Shown here piece after piece: positions 20,091 to 30,697 of a stretch of DNA of 64,000 nucleotides. Position 1 is the first letter of the stretch. The number at the start of each line of letters is the position of its first letter. The notes under the pieces were generated by a model. That model was not told the origin of the DNA. It did not search any database and saw only the letters and a list, made by a program, of their open reading frames with translations. The stretch spans positions 1,120,001 through 1,184,000 of the forward strand of contig CBDCDA010000001.1 in NCBI GenBank assembly GCA_965215335.1, written 5' to 3'. A program made the position numbers and the translations under genes. The DNA is from an uncultured Candidatus Entotheonella sp. (GTDB lineage: Bacteria; Tectomicrobia; Entotheonellia; Entotheonellales; Entotheonellaceae).

Positions 20091-20878
20091 GGGCACAAGG
20101 CACCCGGATGGTTGCCGGTGTGCGGTGGCGCAGCGTGCAGGCGCTGTGGCTGCGGCACGCCGTGGCGCTCAAGCGTATCTGGAAGGTGGCGACGACCTGG
20201 TACCTGGTGGAACCGGCATTCGCACTGGTCGCGGTGGGGTTCGGCATCGGCCGCCTGGTGGACGAAGTCGAGGGCGGCATGCGCTACGCCGTTTTCGTAA
20301 CCCCCGGCATCATCATTGCCTCGGCCATGATTCACGCCATTTTCGAGTGCTCGTGGGCCGTTTTCTACCGCATCACCGGCGGGTTCTACGAGACCGTGCT
20401 GACCGCGCCCGTCACCGTGACCGAGCTGGCCCTGGGGGACGTGGCATGGGCGATGACCCGCGCGCTGCTGACGACCATTGCGGTGGGCTCGGTGGCCGTC
20501 GCGTTCGGCTGGATCACGTCGCCGTGGGCCGTCGGCATTCTGCTGGCGGCCCTGCTGGTCGGCATGGAGATCGGCGCGATCGGGCTGATCTTCGCGGCGT
20601 TGTCACCGAACACGCACACGCTTTCCCTGGTGTTCACGGTGGTGGCAACTCCGCTCTATTTCTTCAGCGGCTCGTTTTTTCCAATCGCCGTACTGCCCGA
20701 CGCCCTGGAACCCCTGGCCCGGGCACTGCCGCTGACGCCGGGCGTCCACATCGCGCAGGGCTTCGCCTGGGGCCAACTGGCGCTGACACATTTGTGGTCG
20801 GCGTTGTACATGGTGGGCCTCACGGCGGCGGTTCTGCCGGTTGCGGTATGGCTGTTGAAACGCCGGCTGGTGACGTGA
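20087..20878 (+). CDS. ABC-2 type permease (NodJ-like)
   Basis: About six TM segments, FFSGSFFP, LPLT; ATGA overlap with the ATPase. Confidence 0.88.
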   Translation: MRAQGTRMVAGVRWRSVQALWLRHAVALKRIWKVATTWYLVEPAFALVAVGFGIGRLVDEVEGGMRYAVFVTPGIIIASAMIHAIFECSWAVFYRITGGFYETVLTAPVTVTELALGDVAWAMTRALLTTIAVGSVAVAFGWITSPWAVGILLAALLVGMEIGAIGLIFAALSPNTHTLSLVFTVVATPLYFFSGSFFPIAVLPDALEPLARALPLTPGVHIAQGFAWGQLALTHLWSALYMVGLTAAVLPVAVWLLKRRLVT

Positions 20879-20897
20879 AGGGGCATGGTCCGAAGCC

Positions 20898-22001
20898 TCA
20901 TGCGTTCATGGCGACAATGGCGCGCCCGACAATATCGCCGCGGTTGAGGGTGACGTAGGCTTCATCGGCCTGGTCGAGGGCGTAGCGGCGCGTGATGGGC
21001 TGCGAGACGCTCAACTGGCCGCGCGCCGCCATGCCGATGACTTCCGGCAGGTCGGTACGGACACGGCTGCCGTACGAGCCGAGGACCTGGATGCCGCGCC
21101 GCACCAGCCGGGTGATCTCGATGGCCGCCGTGGTGGTACCGGGTGCGACGCCGATGATCACCGCGCGGCCGCCGTCGCGGGTCATCAGGAAGGCGTTCTG
21201 CACGGTTTCCGGGCGTCCGAGCGCCTCGATGGCGATATCGGCGCCCTGGCCGTCGGTGAGGGCCGCCACCCCGGCGACCGGGTCGCCCTGCGCGGCGTTC
21301 ACCGTATGCGTGGCGCCAAGGCCGCGGGCCGCTTCCAGCTTGTCGTCCCGGACGTCCACGGCGATGACTTGTCCGGCGCCGAAAGCGCGGGCAATCTGGA
21401 TAACGTTGGAACCCACGCCGCCCGCGCCCACCACCGCCACGGTATCGCGGGGTTGCACCTGCGCCTGGTTCTTGACGGCGCCGTAGGCCGTCATCATGGC
21501 GCAGCCGATAATGCAGGCGTCCGGCAGGGGCACGCCAGTTGGTGCTGCAAACACGCCGGTAGCGGGCATCACGGCGTATTCGGCCAGGCCGCCCATGCTG
21601 TACATCGCCAGCTTCGAGCCGTCGGGCCGCCGCAGGCGGCTCTCGCCATCGTACAAGGTGCCCTGCAAGCGATTCATGGCGAAGAAGGTGGTGCACAGTT
21701 CGTCGCGGCCGCGCGCGCAGTAGTCGCAGAAGCCGCACGGCATGATGAAGCCGCACACCACGGGATCGCCCGGGCGCATGGTCGATACGTCGGGAGCCAC
21801 CTCTTCCACAATGCCGGAAACTTCATGACCCAGCACGCACGGCAGCGGGAAATGGACCTCGCCCTTGACGACGTGCAGGTCGGTGTGACAGACGCCGCAG
21901 GCGGCGACGCGGATCAGCACCTCGCCGGCCTTGGGCTGCGGGCGGGGAATGTCTTCGATTTGCAGGTGTCCGCCCACTTCCGAAAGGACGGCAGCTTTCA
22001 T
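20898..22001 (-). CDS. Zinc-dependent alcohol dehydrogenase (MDR family)
   Basis: GVCHTD, GHE, structural-Zn CGFCDYC...C, GAGGVG. Confidence 0.92.
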   Translation of the reverse strand: MKAAVLSEVGGHLQIEDIPRPQPKAGEVLIRVAACGVCHTDLHVVKGEVHFPLPCVLGHEVSGIVEEVAPDVSTMRPGDPVVCGFIMPCGFCDYCARGRDELCTTFFAMNRLQGTLYDGESRLRRPDGSKLAMYSMGGLAEYAVMPATGVFAAPTGVPLPDACIIGCAMMTAYGAVKNQAQVQPRDTVAVVGAGGVGSNVIQIARAFGAGQVIAVDVRDDKLEAARGLGATHTVNAAQGDPVAGVAALTDGQGADIAIEALGRPETVQNAFLMTRDGGRAVIIGVAPGTTTAAIEITRLVRRGIQVLGSYGSRVRTDLPEVIGMAARGQLSVSQPITRRYALDQADEAYVTLNRGDIVGRAIVAMNA

Positions 22002-22047
22002 ACGCGGGATTCCTTCTCCGGTTCAGGATGGGTCGCTTGTCCGGTGA

Positions 22048-23484
22048 CTACCTTTCGGCCCAGTGCAGGTCAGGGGTCCGCTGGTGCCAGTCGGTGGCCT
22101 GCTCAAAGGCTTGGCCGACGCGCAACACCATCGCCTCGTCGCGCGGCTTGCCGTGGATCATGAGGCCGATGGGCAGCCCCTCGCCGGTGAAGCCGCAGGG
22201 CACGGTGAGGGCGCACAGGCCGAGCACGTTGGCCACGCGGGTATTGCGCGAGTAACGCAGGTTGAAGGGCGTGTAGGCGTCCAGCGAGGCATCCACCTCG
22301 CTGAGCGGCTTGGCGGGCAGCATGGTGGTCGGGGCGAGGAACACGTCGACGTCCTGAAGGGCGCGGGTAATGTTCCCCTGCAGGGTGGTGCAGGCGTGCA
22401 TGGCGCGCAGGTAATCGGCGGCGCGGAAGTCTTTGGCCGGGAGGATGCGGTGGGAGACCACCGGGTCGTATTCCTCGAAGCGCTCGCCCATGCGCTGCAG
22501 ATGGGCGAAGCAGGCTTCGGTGGCGCTGATGATGCCGCTCGGGTTGGCTTCCTGGGCGGCATCGGCTTCGGGCAGGGGCCGGCTTTCCACGTGTGCACCC
22601 TGATTGGCAAACACGTCGCCGCAAGCCCGCACGGCGCTGATGATCTCGGGGTCGGTATCGTCCCAGAAAACATTCTCGGCGAGGGCGATACGCAGGCCGC
22701 GCACCCCGTCGTGCAGGCCGCTCAGCACATCCTGGGGCGGGGCATCGCGGGTGGTGGAATCGTGCGTATCCGGGCCGCGCATGGCCTGATAGAGAAATGC
22801 GGCGTCTGCCACCGAGCGTACCAGGGGGCCGACTGAATCCAGCGTCCAGCTCAGGGGAAACACGCCGTGCCGGCTGACCTGGCCGACGGTTGTCTTGAGG
22901 CCGACCGTAGCGCACAGCGCTGCCGGAATGCGCACGGAGCCGCCCGTGTCGGTGCCCAGTGCGGCGGGCACGAGACCGCCCCCCACGGCAACGCCCGAGC
23001 CGCTGCTGGAGCCGCCGGGGACGTGGTGCGTGGCGTGCCAGGGGTTGTGGGGCGTGCCGTGATCGTGGTTGACGCCCGGCGCGCCGAGGGCGAACTGCAC
23101 CGTGTGGGTCTTGCCTAGCAGCACCATGCCGGCCTGGTTGAGGCGGCGTACCACGGTGGCGTCGGTATCGGCGATGGCATGTTCCAACAAAGGCGACCCG
23201 GCAGTAGTGGGCAGGCCCTGCACGTCGATGATGTCCTTGGCGGCGTATGGAATCCCATGCAGCGGCCCGGTGTCCCGACCGGCCCGCAGCGCCAGCTCGG
23301 CGGCCTGGGCGCCCGCCACGGCGCGTTCGCGCGGCACCAGGCGGAAAGCATGCAGGCGGTCATCGAGCGCCTCGACGCGATCGAGAAGGTGTTCCATCAA
23401 CTCGACGGGCGACAATCGACCGCTGTGAATTTGCTCCGACAACTGACGGATCGTCTGCCAGTGCAAGGGGGCTGCTGCTGCCAT
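22048..23484 (-). CDS. Amidase-signature family amidase
   Basis: GIPYAAKD, PGGSSSGSG, GTDTGGSVRIPA. Confidence 0.92.
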   Translation of the reverse strand: MAAAAPLHWQTIRQLSEQIHSGRLSPVELMEHLLDRVEALDDRLHAFRLVPRERAVAGAQAAELALRAGRDTGPLHGIPYAAKDIIDVQGLPTTAGSPLLEHAIADTDATVVRRLNQAGMVLLGKTHTVQFALGAPGVNHDHGTPHNPWHATHHVPGGSSSGSGVAVGGGLVPAALGTDTGGSVRIPAALCATVGLKTTVGQVSRHGVFPLSWTLDSVGPLVRSVADAAFLYQAMRGPDTHDSTTRDAPPQDVLSGLHDGVRGLRIALAENVFWDDTDPEIISAVRACGDVFANQGAHVESRPLPEADAAQEANPSGIISATEACFAHLQRMGERFEEYDPVVSHRILPAKDFRAADYLRAMHACTTLQGNITRALQDVDVFLAPTTMLPAKPLSEVDASLDAYTPFNLRYSRNTRVANVLGLCALTVPCGFTGEGLPIGLMIHGKPRDEAMVLRVGQAFEQATDWHQRTPDLHWAER

Positions 23485-23676
23485 TTGGGACCTTTCCATT
23501 GGGTTGTCCGGGGGGATTTGGGTGCGGGGATCAGGTCGGCGCATTCTATGGAAGCGGACGGGGTCGGTCAAGGTGGCGCAAGGGGGGGGCAGGCACCCAA
23601 CCATTTTGGGCGGCCTCGGTCGTTCGGCGGTCCGCGGCCCGTCGCCACGCAACAACGAAACCAAGGGAGATTCGGC

Positions 23677-24573
23677 ATGTCTCTGAGGCGCTCAGGGTTG
23701 CTCATAGGGTTGGGAATCAGCCTCACTTCGATGGCGTGGACGGAGAGCCACGCTCGACCGACGGTGTACGTCGTGAACTATCCGCTGCGGTATTTTGTCG
23801 AGCGGATCGGAGCCGAACGGGTGAGCGTGGTGTTCCCGGCTCCGGCTGACGAGGACCCGGCCTTCTGGAAACCGGATGTCGAAACGATTGCGGCCTTTCA
23901 GTCGGCAGATTTGATCCTCAGCAACGGAGCCATGTATGCCAGGTGGCTGCAAACCGCCTCGCTGCCGAAGTCCAAAATGATCAACACGTCCAGGCATTTC
24001 AAGGCGAACTATATCGAGGTCCGAGGCACGGGCACGCACAGCCACGGCCCGACCGGGGAGCACTCGCATGCCGGCATCGCGTTTACCACCTGGCTCGACT
24101 TTAGCCAGGCCGCGCAACAGGCCCAAGCGGTCATGGAGGCGTTGAGCCGCTTGCTGCCGGAACACAAGGACGCCTTTGAGAAACGGTACGCCGAACTCGA
24201 ACAAGATCTGCTGATTCTGGATGAGCGCCTCCACACGATGGTAGCCCAGCGGCGCACGCAACCCCTGCTTGCCTCCCACCCGGTTTATCAATACCTGGCC
24301 AGACGCTACGGCCTGAATCTTCAAAGCGTCTTGTGGGAGCCCGACGTGACGCCGGATGCCGGGCAGTGGAAGGAATTGCAGTCCATTGTGCAAGGCCATG
24401 CGGCCGCATGGATGCTGTGGGAAGGCGATCCCTTGCCGGCTTCGGTGGACGAGCTTCAGACCCTCGGGGTAAAGAGTCTGGTCTTCGATCCCTGCGGGAA
24501 TACCCCGGAGCAGGGCGATTTTCTGAGCGTCATGCAGCAGAACGTGGCGCGTCTCCGGCGAGCGTTCCAATAG
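23677..24573 (+). CDS. Metal ABC substrate-binding protein (ZnuA/cluster A-I-like)
   Basis: DPAFWKP, ADLILSNG, His loop THSHGPTGEHSH, SHPVYQYLARRYGL. Confidence 0.82.
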   Translation: MSLRRSGLLIGLGISLTSMAWTESHARPTVYVVNYPLRYFVERIGAERVSVVFPAPADEDPAFWKPDVETIAAFQSADLILSNGAMYARWLQTASLPKSKMINTSRHFKANYIEVRGTGTHSHGPTGEHSHAGIAFTTWLDFSQAAQQAQAVMEALSRLLPEHKDAFEKRYAELEQDLLILDERLHTMVAQRRTQPLLASHPVYQYLARRYGLNLQSVLWEPDVTPDAGQWKELQSIVQGHAAAWMLWEGDPLPASVDELQTLGVKSLVFDPCGNTPEQGDFLSVMQQNVARLRRAFQ

Positions 24574-24702
24574 CATGCCGCCGGTTTGCCGTCTCACCTC
24601 GCATTGACGAAGGGCGGTCGTCACAAGTAAGTTAACGCTGCAACCCTTACCGTCGTACGCCCAGGTGTTTTGTCCGGTCTCGACAAAGGAGGGCAGGACA
24701 GG

Positions 24703-25536
24703 ATGTTCACCGCGAAGCCAAGGATGCCCTGCGTTTGGCTGTGCCTGGTGCCACTTCTGTTCTTCGCGCGGTTGGCGGTCGCGCACGACTACTGGATCGA
24801 GCCCTCGAATTTTCGGTTCGAGCCGGGGGGCAGGGTGTTGCTCTACCTTCGGGTAGGCGAGTCTTTCAACGGCAAGCCGGCGACGCCTGCGATCACGCAG
24901 ATAAAGCGCTTTCATATCGACAGTGCTACCCGTCAGTTCCAGGTGCTGCCGTTGCGGCGTGATCCGGCCGGCATGGCCCGGCTGATGGAGAGCGGCTTGC
25001 AGGTGGTGAGTTTCGAGAACACGCCCAGTTATCTCGAACTCCCGGCCGAGCGGTTCAACAGCTACCTGCAAGCCGAAGGACTCGAGACGGTATTGCAGGC
25101 CCGTCGGGAAGCCGGGTCGAGTGATCAGCCCGGCAAGGAGGCTTACTCGCGCTGTGCCAAGTCGCTCTTGTGGGTTGACGGCGACAGCCCAGCCGAAGAC
25201 GGTTCGAACCACCCCGACAAGCCGGTCGGCCTGACCCTGGAACTCCTTTCCGAAACGAATCCGTATCGTCTGCGAGCACCGGCGCCGCTGACGGTGCAAC
25301 TGCTGTATGAGGGCCAGCCGGTGACCGGCGCGCTGGTGATGGCGCTGAACAAGAGCGCGCCGAACGAGGTGCAGCGCGCCCAAAGCGGCTCGGATGGACG
25401 CGCCGAGTTCAACCTGCGCCGCAGTGGCCCGTGGCTGGTGAAGGCGGTGCACATGGTTCCCGCTGCGGCGCCGGCCCCGGAGGATTGGCGCAGCTATTGG
25501 GCGTCTCTGACCTTCGAGCTGCCGGCAGGGCCATGA
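24703..25536 (+). CDS. DUF4198-type periplasmic protein
   Basis: Signal peptide then AHDYWIEP; YSRCAKSL; GLTLEL...NPY; GPWLVKAVHM; YWASLTF. Confidence 0.8.
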   Translation: MFTAKPRMPCVWLCLVPLLFFARLAVAHDYWIEPSNFRFEPGGRVLLYLRVGESFNGKPATPAITQIKRFHIDSATRQFQVLPLRRDPAGMARLMESGLQVVSFENTPSYLELPAERFNSYLQAEGLETVLQARREAGSSDQPGKEAYSRCAKSLLWVDGDSPAEDGSNHPDKPVGLTLELLSETNPYRLRAPAPLTVQLLYEGQPVTGALVMALNKSAPNEVQRAQSGSDGRAEFNLRRSGPWLVKAVHMVPAAAPAPEDWRSYWASLTFELPAGP

Positions 25537-25582
25537 GCGACAATCAGCCCCATAACACTCTTAAACCATTGGACCTTCAGCT

Positions 25583-27325
25583 GTGATCATCAGGTCATGG
25601 CCAGCAACCTGCCTGTTGTGTCTGATGCTGAGCCTGCTGACGCTGGCGCGGACCGCGCCAGCCCACTTGACGACGTACACGGGCGCCGAACACAGCTCCA
25701 CGGTGGCTGAGATATGGATTGACGTGGAGCGCATCACGCTGCGGTTGGAGATCGGCGATCTGGATCAAGAGGCGTTTGCCGCTCTGCTCAACAACGCCCC
25801 TGGACAAGACGAGATTCACCCGGGTCTGCTGTTGACCGGCGATGACGGCGCACCGCTGGCAGGGGAGGTGAGGGTTGTCGAGCGGCGGCGACGTACGGAC
25901 CGCTCCACAGCGTCCCCGGCGACAGCGATCCGGATACCGGGCGGCCCTGAGGTGACCTACGTCGAGGTGACCTATGACCTGGCAACCCATCCCGAGACGT
26001 TGACGCTGACGCCGCCGCGGCGGCTCGGGAGTGGCGAGGCGGCGGCCGAAATCGGCTTCATCGTGTATCACGAGACCATTCCGGTCATTGATTTTCAATA
26101 CCTGAGGCACCCGGAAACCTTGCGACTGGACTGGCGCGACCCCTGGTATTCGTCCTTTGAAAATGCTGCTCTGAAACGACATCACAGCGCGCCGCTCATG
26201 ACCTTTCTCTACGTCGAGCCGTACGAAGTCCGGTTTGAAATTCTCATCCGGCTCAAAGCGCTGGCGTCGTGGATGGCGCTGAAGGTGCCGCCTCGGGAGC
26301 CGATCGATACAGATACGCAGGCACGACTGCGCGAGCAGATCGGGCGGTTTCTTTCGCAGCAAAGCCAGGTGCGGATCGATGGCGTCAAGTCCCGCCCGCT
26401 ACTCGACCGCGTTGAGTTCGTCAGGGTCACGCCGCAGGGCATTCAGCCGCTGGACGCGGCTGAACGGCTGACGTTTCACACCGCACTGGTGGGCGTCATT
26501 CTTGCCTTCATCACCCCCGGGCCACCGCAAGAGGTGACGGTGGACTGGACGCATTTCGACAACGAGATCACCTCGGTCCCGTCCATGGTCATCGACCCCG
26601 TCAGCCAATTGCCCTATGACGTGACGCCGGCGCAGCCGACGCTGCGCTGGACCAACATGCTCGACGATTACAACTACCAGGTTGCGACCATCGATGCGAT
26701 GGTCGCACAGGTCGCCAATCCACTCGACATCCCCTTGTTGAGTATCCTGCTTTGCCTCGCGGCCGCACTACTCGCTGGTTTTGGCGGTCACCTGGGGCTC
26801 AAAAGCGCCTCCTGCCGGATCCCCGCGATTGCCTTGATTTTCGTCGTCGCCGTAGGGGTGCGGTCGTTTGGACGGATTGCGGTCGGCAACCCGTTTGCGG
26901 CGCCCTACCGATTGCCCGAAATCGAGTCGCTGCTGATCCTCCAAGGACTCTTGCAGAATACCTATCGCGCCTTTGATTTTCGTGCCGAGGAAGACGTGTA
27001 TGACAAGCTGGCGGTCAGCGCCGCGGGCGATCTGATCACCGATATCTATCTGCAAAGCCGCAAGCGCCTGGTCATGGAAGAGCAGGGCGGGGCGCGGGCC
27101 AGGGTGCAGGACGTGCAACTCCTGGATGCCGTTCAGATCGGCCCCCCAGGCAAGCGCCAGCGCCTGACGTTCCAATGCGTCTGGCGTATCACGGGCACGG
27201 TGAACCACTGGGGGCATACCCACCAGCGCCGCAATCAGTACGACGCCATGATCACCATTCGGCCCATCGAGCAGACCTGGAAAATCGTTGCCCTGGACAT
27301 CCGCGAAGAACGGCGCCTGCCATGA
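25583..27325 (+). CDS. Hypothetical exported/membrane protein
   Basis: 580 aa; signal peptide with mature N-terminal His, two late TM segments, C-terminal HWGHTHQR; overlaps the next gene. Confidence 0.75.
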   Translation: MIIRSWPATCLLCLMLSLLTLARTAPAHLTTYTGAEHSSTVAEIWIDVERITLRLEIGDLDQEAFAALLNNAPGQDEIHPGLLLTGDDGAPLAGEVRVVERRRRTDRSTASPATAIRIPGGPEVTYVEVTYDLATHPETLTLTPPRRLGSGEAAAEIGFIVYHETIPVIDFQYLRHPETLRLDWRDPWYSSFENAALKRHHSAPLMTFLYVEPYEVRFEILIRLKALASWMALKVPPREPIDTDTQARLREQIGRFLSQQSQVRIDGVKSRPLLDRVEFVRVTPQGIQPLDAAERLTFHTALVGVILAFITPGPPQEVTVDWTHFDNEITSVPSMVIDPVSQLPYDVTPAQPTLRWTNMLDDYNYQVATIDAMVAQVANPLDIPLLSILLCLAAALLAGFGGHLGLKSASCRIPAIALIFVVAVGVRSFGRIAVGNPFAAPYRLPEIESLLILQGLLQNTYRAFDFRAEEDVYDKLAVSAAGDLITDIYLQSRKRLVMEEQGGARARVQDVQLLDAVQIGPPGKRQRLTFQCVWRITGTVNHWGHTHQRRNQYDAMITIRPIEQTWKIVALDIREERRLP

Positions 27326-28011
27326 CGGACTCGCAGCCTCCCATCATTGCCATCGAGCGGTTGGCGTTTCAGTACGCCGAGGGCGATTTCCACCTTCACA
27401 TTCCCGAGCTCCAGATCGCCGCCGGTACGAAAGCGGCCCTTATCGGTCCCAGTGGGTCGGGCAAGACGACCCTCATCAATTTGCTGGCCGGCATCGTGCC
27501 GGCTGGCAGCGGCCAGATCAGGGTGCACGGCGCGTCGCTGGATCGGTTCGACGACGCCGAGCGGCGGCGGTTTCGCATCGCCAATATCGGCTTTGTGTTT
27601 CAGGACTTTGCGCTGCTGGACTACCTGACGATCCTCGACAACATCCTGCATCCCTACCGGATCAATCGCGCCCTCGACCTGACGCCGCGGGCGCGCGAAC
27701 ATGCCGTCCACCTGGCCGCCGCCATGGGCATCGCGGACAAGCTCAAGCGGCACGTCCGCCACTTGTCCCAGGGCGAAAAGCAGCGCGCCGCCATCTGCCG
27801 GGCACTGGTGACGCGCCCGCCTCTGCTCCTCGCCGACGAGCCCACCGGCAATCTGGACCCGGCCAACAAGTCGCATATCCTGCAGCACCTCTTTCGATAC
27901 GTCGAGGAGTCCGGCGCGACGCTGGTCGCGGTCACACACGACCACGGACTGCTCGGCGGCTTCGACCGGGTCGTCGATTTTCAAGCGTTCGAGCGCCCGC
28001 AGCGAGCCTGA
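27322..28011 (+). CDS. ABC ATP-binding protein (LolD/MacB-like)
   Basis: GPSGSGKTT, IGFVFQDF, LSQGEKQR, LADEPTGNLD. Confidence 0.9.
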   Translation: MTDSQPPIIAIERLAFQYAEGDFHLHIPELQIAAGTKAALIGPSGSGKTTLINLLAGIVPAGSGQIRVHGASLDRFDDAERRRFRIANIGFVFQDFALLDYLTILDNILHPYRINRALDLTPRAREHAVHLAAAMGIADKLKRHVRHLSQGEKQRAAICRALVTRPPLLLADEPTGNLDPANKSHILQHLFRYVEESGATLVAVTHDHGLLGGFDRVVDFQAFERPQRA

Positions 28012-28013
28012 TC

Positions 28014-29189
28014 ATGAACAGTCTGTACGTGGCATGGCAGTACCTGCGGTTCCACAAGGTCAAAACCGTCGTCCTCATTGCCGCGCTCACCCTGATTACC
28101 TGTCTGCCGCTCGCCGTGCACCTTCTCGTACGCGCCAGCGAGGTCCAGATGCTCGAACGCTCCCGGGCCACGCCGCTGATCCTGGGGCAGAAGGGCAGCG
28201 CCCTCGACCTGGTGATGAGCACGCTTTACTTCGCCTCAAAGCCGCCCGAGACCATCACCGGGCGCGAAGCCGACCGCATCGACGAGACCGGCTTCGCCGT
28301 CGCCATTCCCGTTTACAACCGGTACACGGCGCGCGGCTTTCCGATTGTCGGCACCACGCTGGATTACATGAGCTTCCGCCGTCTCGAGGTCGCTTCCGGG
28401 CGCATGCTGGCCGTCCTGGGCGAGTGTGTCCTGGGCGCGACGGTGGCGGGGCAACTCGGCCTCGGCCCCGGTGACGGGCTCATTTCCACCCCGGAAAACC
28501 CGTTTGACCTGGCTGGCGTGTATCCGCTCAAAATGCAGGTGGCAGGGGTGCTCAAAGCCCGCCATACGCCGGACGACCGGGCGGTGTTCGTGGACATCAA
28601 AACCGCCTGGGTCATCGAAGGACTCGGGCATGGACATGAGGACGTGGCGACCACCCGCGATCCCCAGGTCGTGCTGACGGAGCAGGACGGCAAGCTCGTC
28701 GCCAGCGCCAAGATCGTGCAGCACACCGAAATCACCCCGGACAATATCGATTCGTTTCACTTTCACGGCGACACGAGCCAGTTCCCGCTCACCTCGGTCA
28801 TTGCGGTGCCGCACGACGACAAATCGGCCACGCTGCTCATGGGGCGCTATCTTCCCGAAACCAGCCCGCTTCAGTTGCTCGAGCCCCTCGGCGTGGTGCA
28901 GGCGCTGTTGCAGAACGTCTTCAAGATTCAGCGGGTGCTCAACATCATTTTCGCCGTCGTCAGCGTTGCCATGCTCCTGACGATCGTCCTGATCATCGCG
29001 CTGTCCCTGCGTCTGCGTCAGGCCGAAATCGAAACCATGTACAAACTCGGCTGCAGCCGCCTCAAAATGGCCGAACTGGTAGCCACGGAACTCGGTGTGA
29101 TCGTGGTGGCGAGCCTGGTGTTGACGGCGGGATTGACCGGTCTGGCGCTGCGCTGGCAGACGGCGCTGATGCAGCAATTTCTGTCGTGA
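28014..29189 (+). CDS. FtsX/MacB-like ABC permease
   Basis: One TM segment, a large periplasmic loop (GHGHED, FHFHGD), then C-terminal TM segments. Confidence 0.8.
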   Translation: MNSLYVAWQYLRFHKVKTVVLIAALTLITCLPLAVHLLVRASEVQMLERSRATPLILGQKGSALDLVMSTLYFASKPPETITGREADRIDETGFAVAIPVYNRYTARGFPIVGTTLDYMSFRRLEVASGRMLAVLGECVLGATVAGQLGLGPGDGLISTPENPFDLAGVYPLKMQVAGVLKARHTPDDRAVFVDIKTAWVIEGLGHGHEDVATTRDPQVVLTEQDGKLVASAKIVQHTEITPDNIDSFHFHGDTSQFPLTSVIAVPHDDKSATLLMGRYLPETSPLQLLEPLGVVQALLQNVFKIQRVLNIIFAVVSVAMLLTIVLIIALSLRLRQAEIETMYKLGCSRLKMAELVATELGVIVVASLVLTAGLTGLALRWQTALMQQFLS

Positions 29190-29296
29190 CCTCACACGTC
29201 CGGCGGCGATTCCGACTTGTGGGGCCACACGAACACTGGCGCAATTGAAAAGTCTTGACGGCTTTGCACAAGACGTCGCTGCCCGGCAGGATTTTC

Positions 29297-30697
29297 ATGC
29301 AAGGTGACTTTCTGCACAAACATTCGTCGCCAGCGCTCCGACGCTCAGGACAGACGCCGCGAGGGCGGGTCTTGCGGCAGCGTCTGAGGCGGGACCGGCG
29401 GCGCTCGCTGCCGGATCAATGGGTGGCGCTGCGTGAGCGGTATGGCGATGTCGTGCGGTTATCGCGTTTTCCGGCGCCGACGTATCTGGTGAGTCATCCG
29501 GAAGGCGTCCGGCGTGTTCTGCGCGACAACGCCAACAACTATCGCAAGGGTGCGTTTTTCAGGTCCATCGCGCTGCTGCAGGGGCAGGGGCTGCTGACCA
29601 GCGAGGGGGCAGACTGGCAGGCGCAGCGACGGGTGGCGCAGCCGTCTTTTCGGCAGGCCGACCAGGCGTCGGCATACGGTGCCATCCAGACGGCGGAGGC
29701 ACGGGACATGGCCGCCGGCTGGCGGGACGTCGCTCGCTCAGAGCGGCCCGTTAACGTGGCGGCCTGGATGCACCGTCTGGCGTTCCGGATCGCCGGGCGG
29801 ACCCTGCTGGGGATCCAACCCGGCGATCTTGACGCCCTCGGCCGGCAATTGCAGGGGGTAGGGCAACAGCTACGGCCCCTCCTTTCGTCCGCCGGGGCGG
29901 GGGTCCGGGCGTTTCCCGGGTGGCTCCCAACGCCACGGCGTCGTCGGTTTCGGCGGGCCATTGCCGACTATAACGTCCTTGTGCAACGGCTGATCGATGA
30001 GCGTCGCGGGGCAGGACAGGGCGACTGTCGCGGGAACATGAATTTGCTGGACATGCTCATGGCGGCCGCAGCGGACGGCAGGACCAGAGACCAACGGTTG
30101 CGCGATCAGGTCATGACGTTTATCGGGGCCGGCGTGGAGACAGCCGCGCAGGCGTTGAGCTGGGCCTGGTACCTGTTGGCGTGCCATGCCGAGGTGTCGG
30201 ACCGCTTGAAGGCCGAGTTGAACAACGTGCTGGGTGGCTCGCCGCCGGAACCGGCCGACCTGCCGCGGCTCTCGTATACCCGCATGGTACTCGACGAGGT
30301 GTTGCGGCTTTATCCGCCGGCGGCGGTGATTCCGCGGCAGGCCGAGGCTGCGGACGACATCGGCGGTTTCGAGATCAGAAAGAACGCGAGGGTACTGCTC
30401 AGCCCCTACGTCACGCATCGGCATAGCGCTTTCTGGCCCGAACCGGCGGCGTTCAGGCCGGAACGCTTTGCGCCGGGTCGGGAGGCCGTCCGACATCGTT
30501 TCGCCTATCTGCCCTTTGGCGCCGGGCCCCGTGTGTGCATTGGCCAGCACTTCGCGCTCATGGAGATGCAGCTGGCGCTCGCCACTCTTGCCCAGCGTTA
30601 CACCTTGCGCCTGGTCGGTCACGCCGTGGTTCCACAGATGACGACGACGCTGGGTCCGCGCGGTGGATTGTGGATGACCGTGCATGAACGCGAGTGA
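29297..30697 (+). CDS. Cytochrome P450
   Basis: GLLTSEG, AGVET (I-helix), EVLR (ExxR), PERF, FGAGPRVCIG (heme Cys). Start uncertain. Confidence 0.93.
   Translation: MQGDFLHKHSSPALRRSGQTPRGRVLRQRLRRDRRRSLPDQWVALRERYGDVVRLSRFPAPTYLVSHPEGVRRVLRDNANNYRKGAFFRSIALLQGQGLLTSEGADWQAQRRVAQPSFRQADQASAYGAIQTAEARDMAAGWRDVARSERPVNVAAWMHRLAFRIAGRTLLGIQPGDLDALGRQLQGVGQQLRPLLSSAGAGVRAFPGWLPTPRRRRFRRAIADYNVLVQRLIDERRGAGQGDCRGNMNLLDMLMAAAADGRTRDQRLRDQVMTFIGAGVETAAQALSWAWYLLACHAEVSDRLKAELNNVLGGSPPEPADLPRLSYTRMVLDEVLRLYPPAAVIPRQAEAADDIGGFEIRKNARVLLSPYVTHRHSAFWPEPAAFRPERFAPGREAVRHRFAYLPFGAGPRVCIGQHFALMEMQLALATLAQRYTLRLVGHAVVPQMTTTLGPRGGLWMTVHERE

Noticed and set aside
19146..20878. Nodulation-factor export (nodIJ)
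   Set aside because: This ABC-2 family is widespread and no nodABC genes are present.
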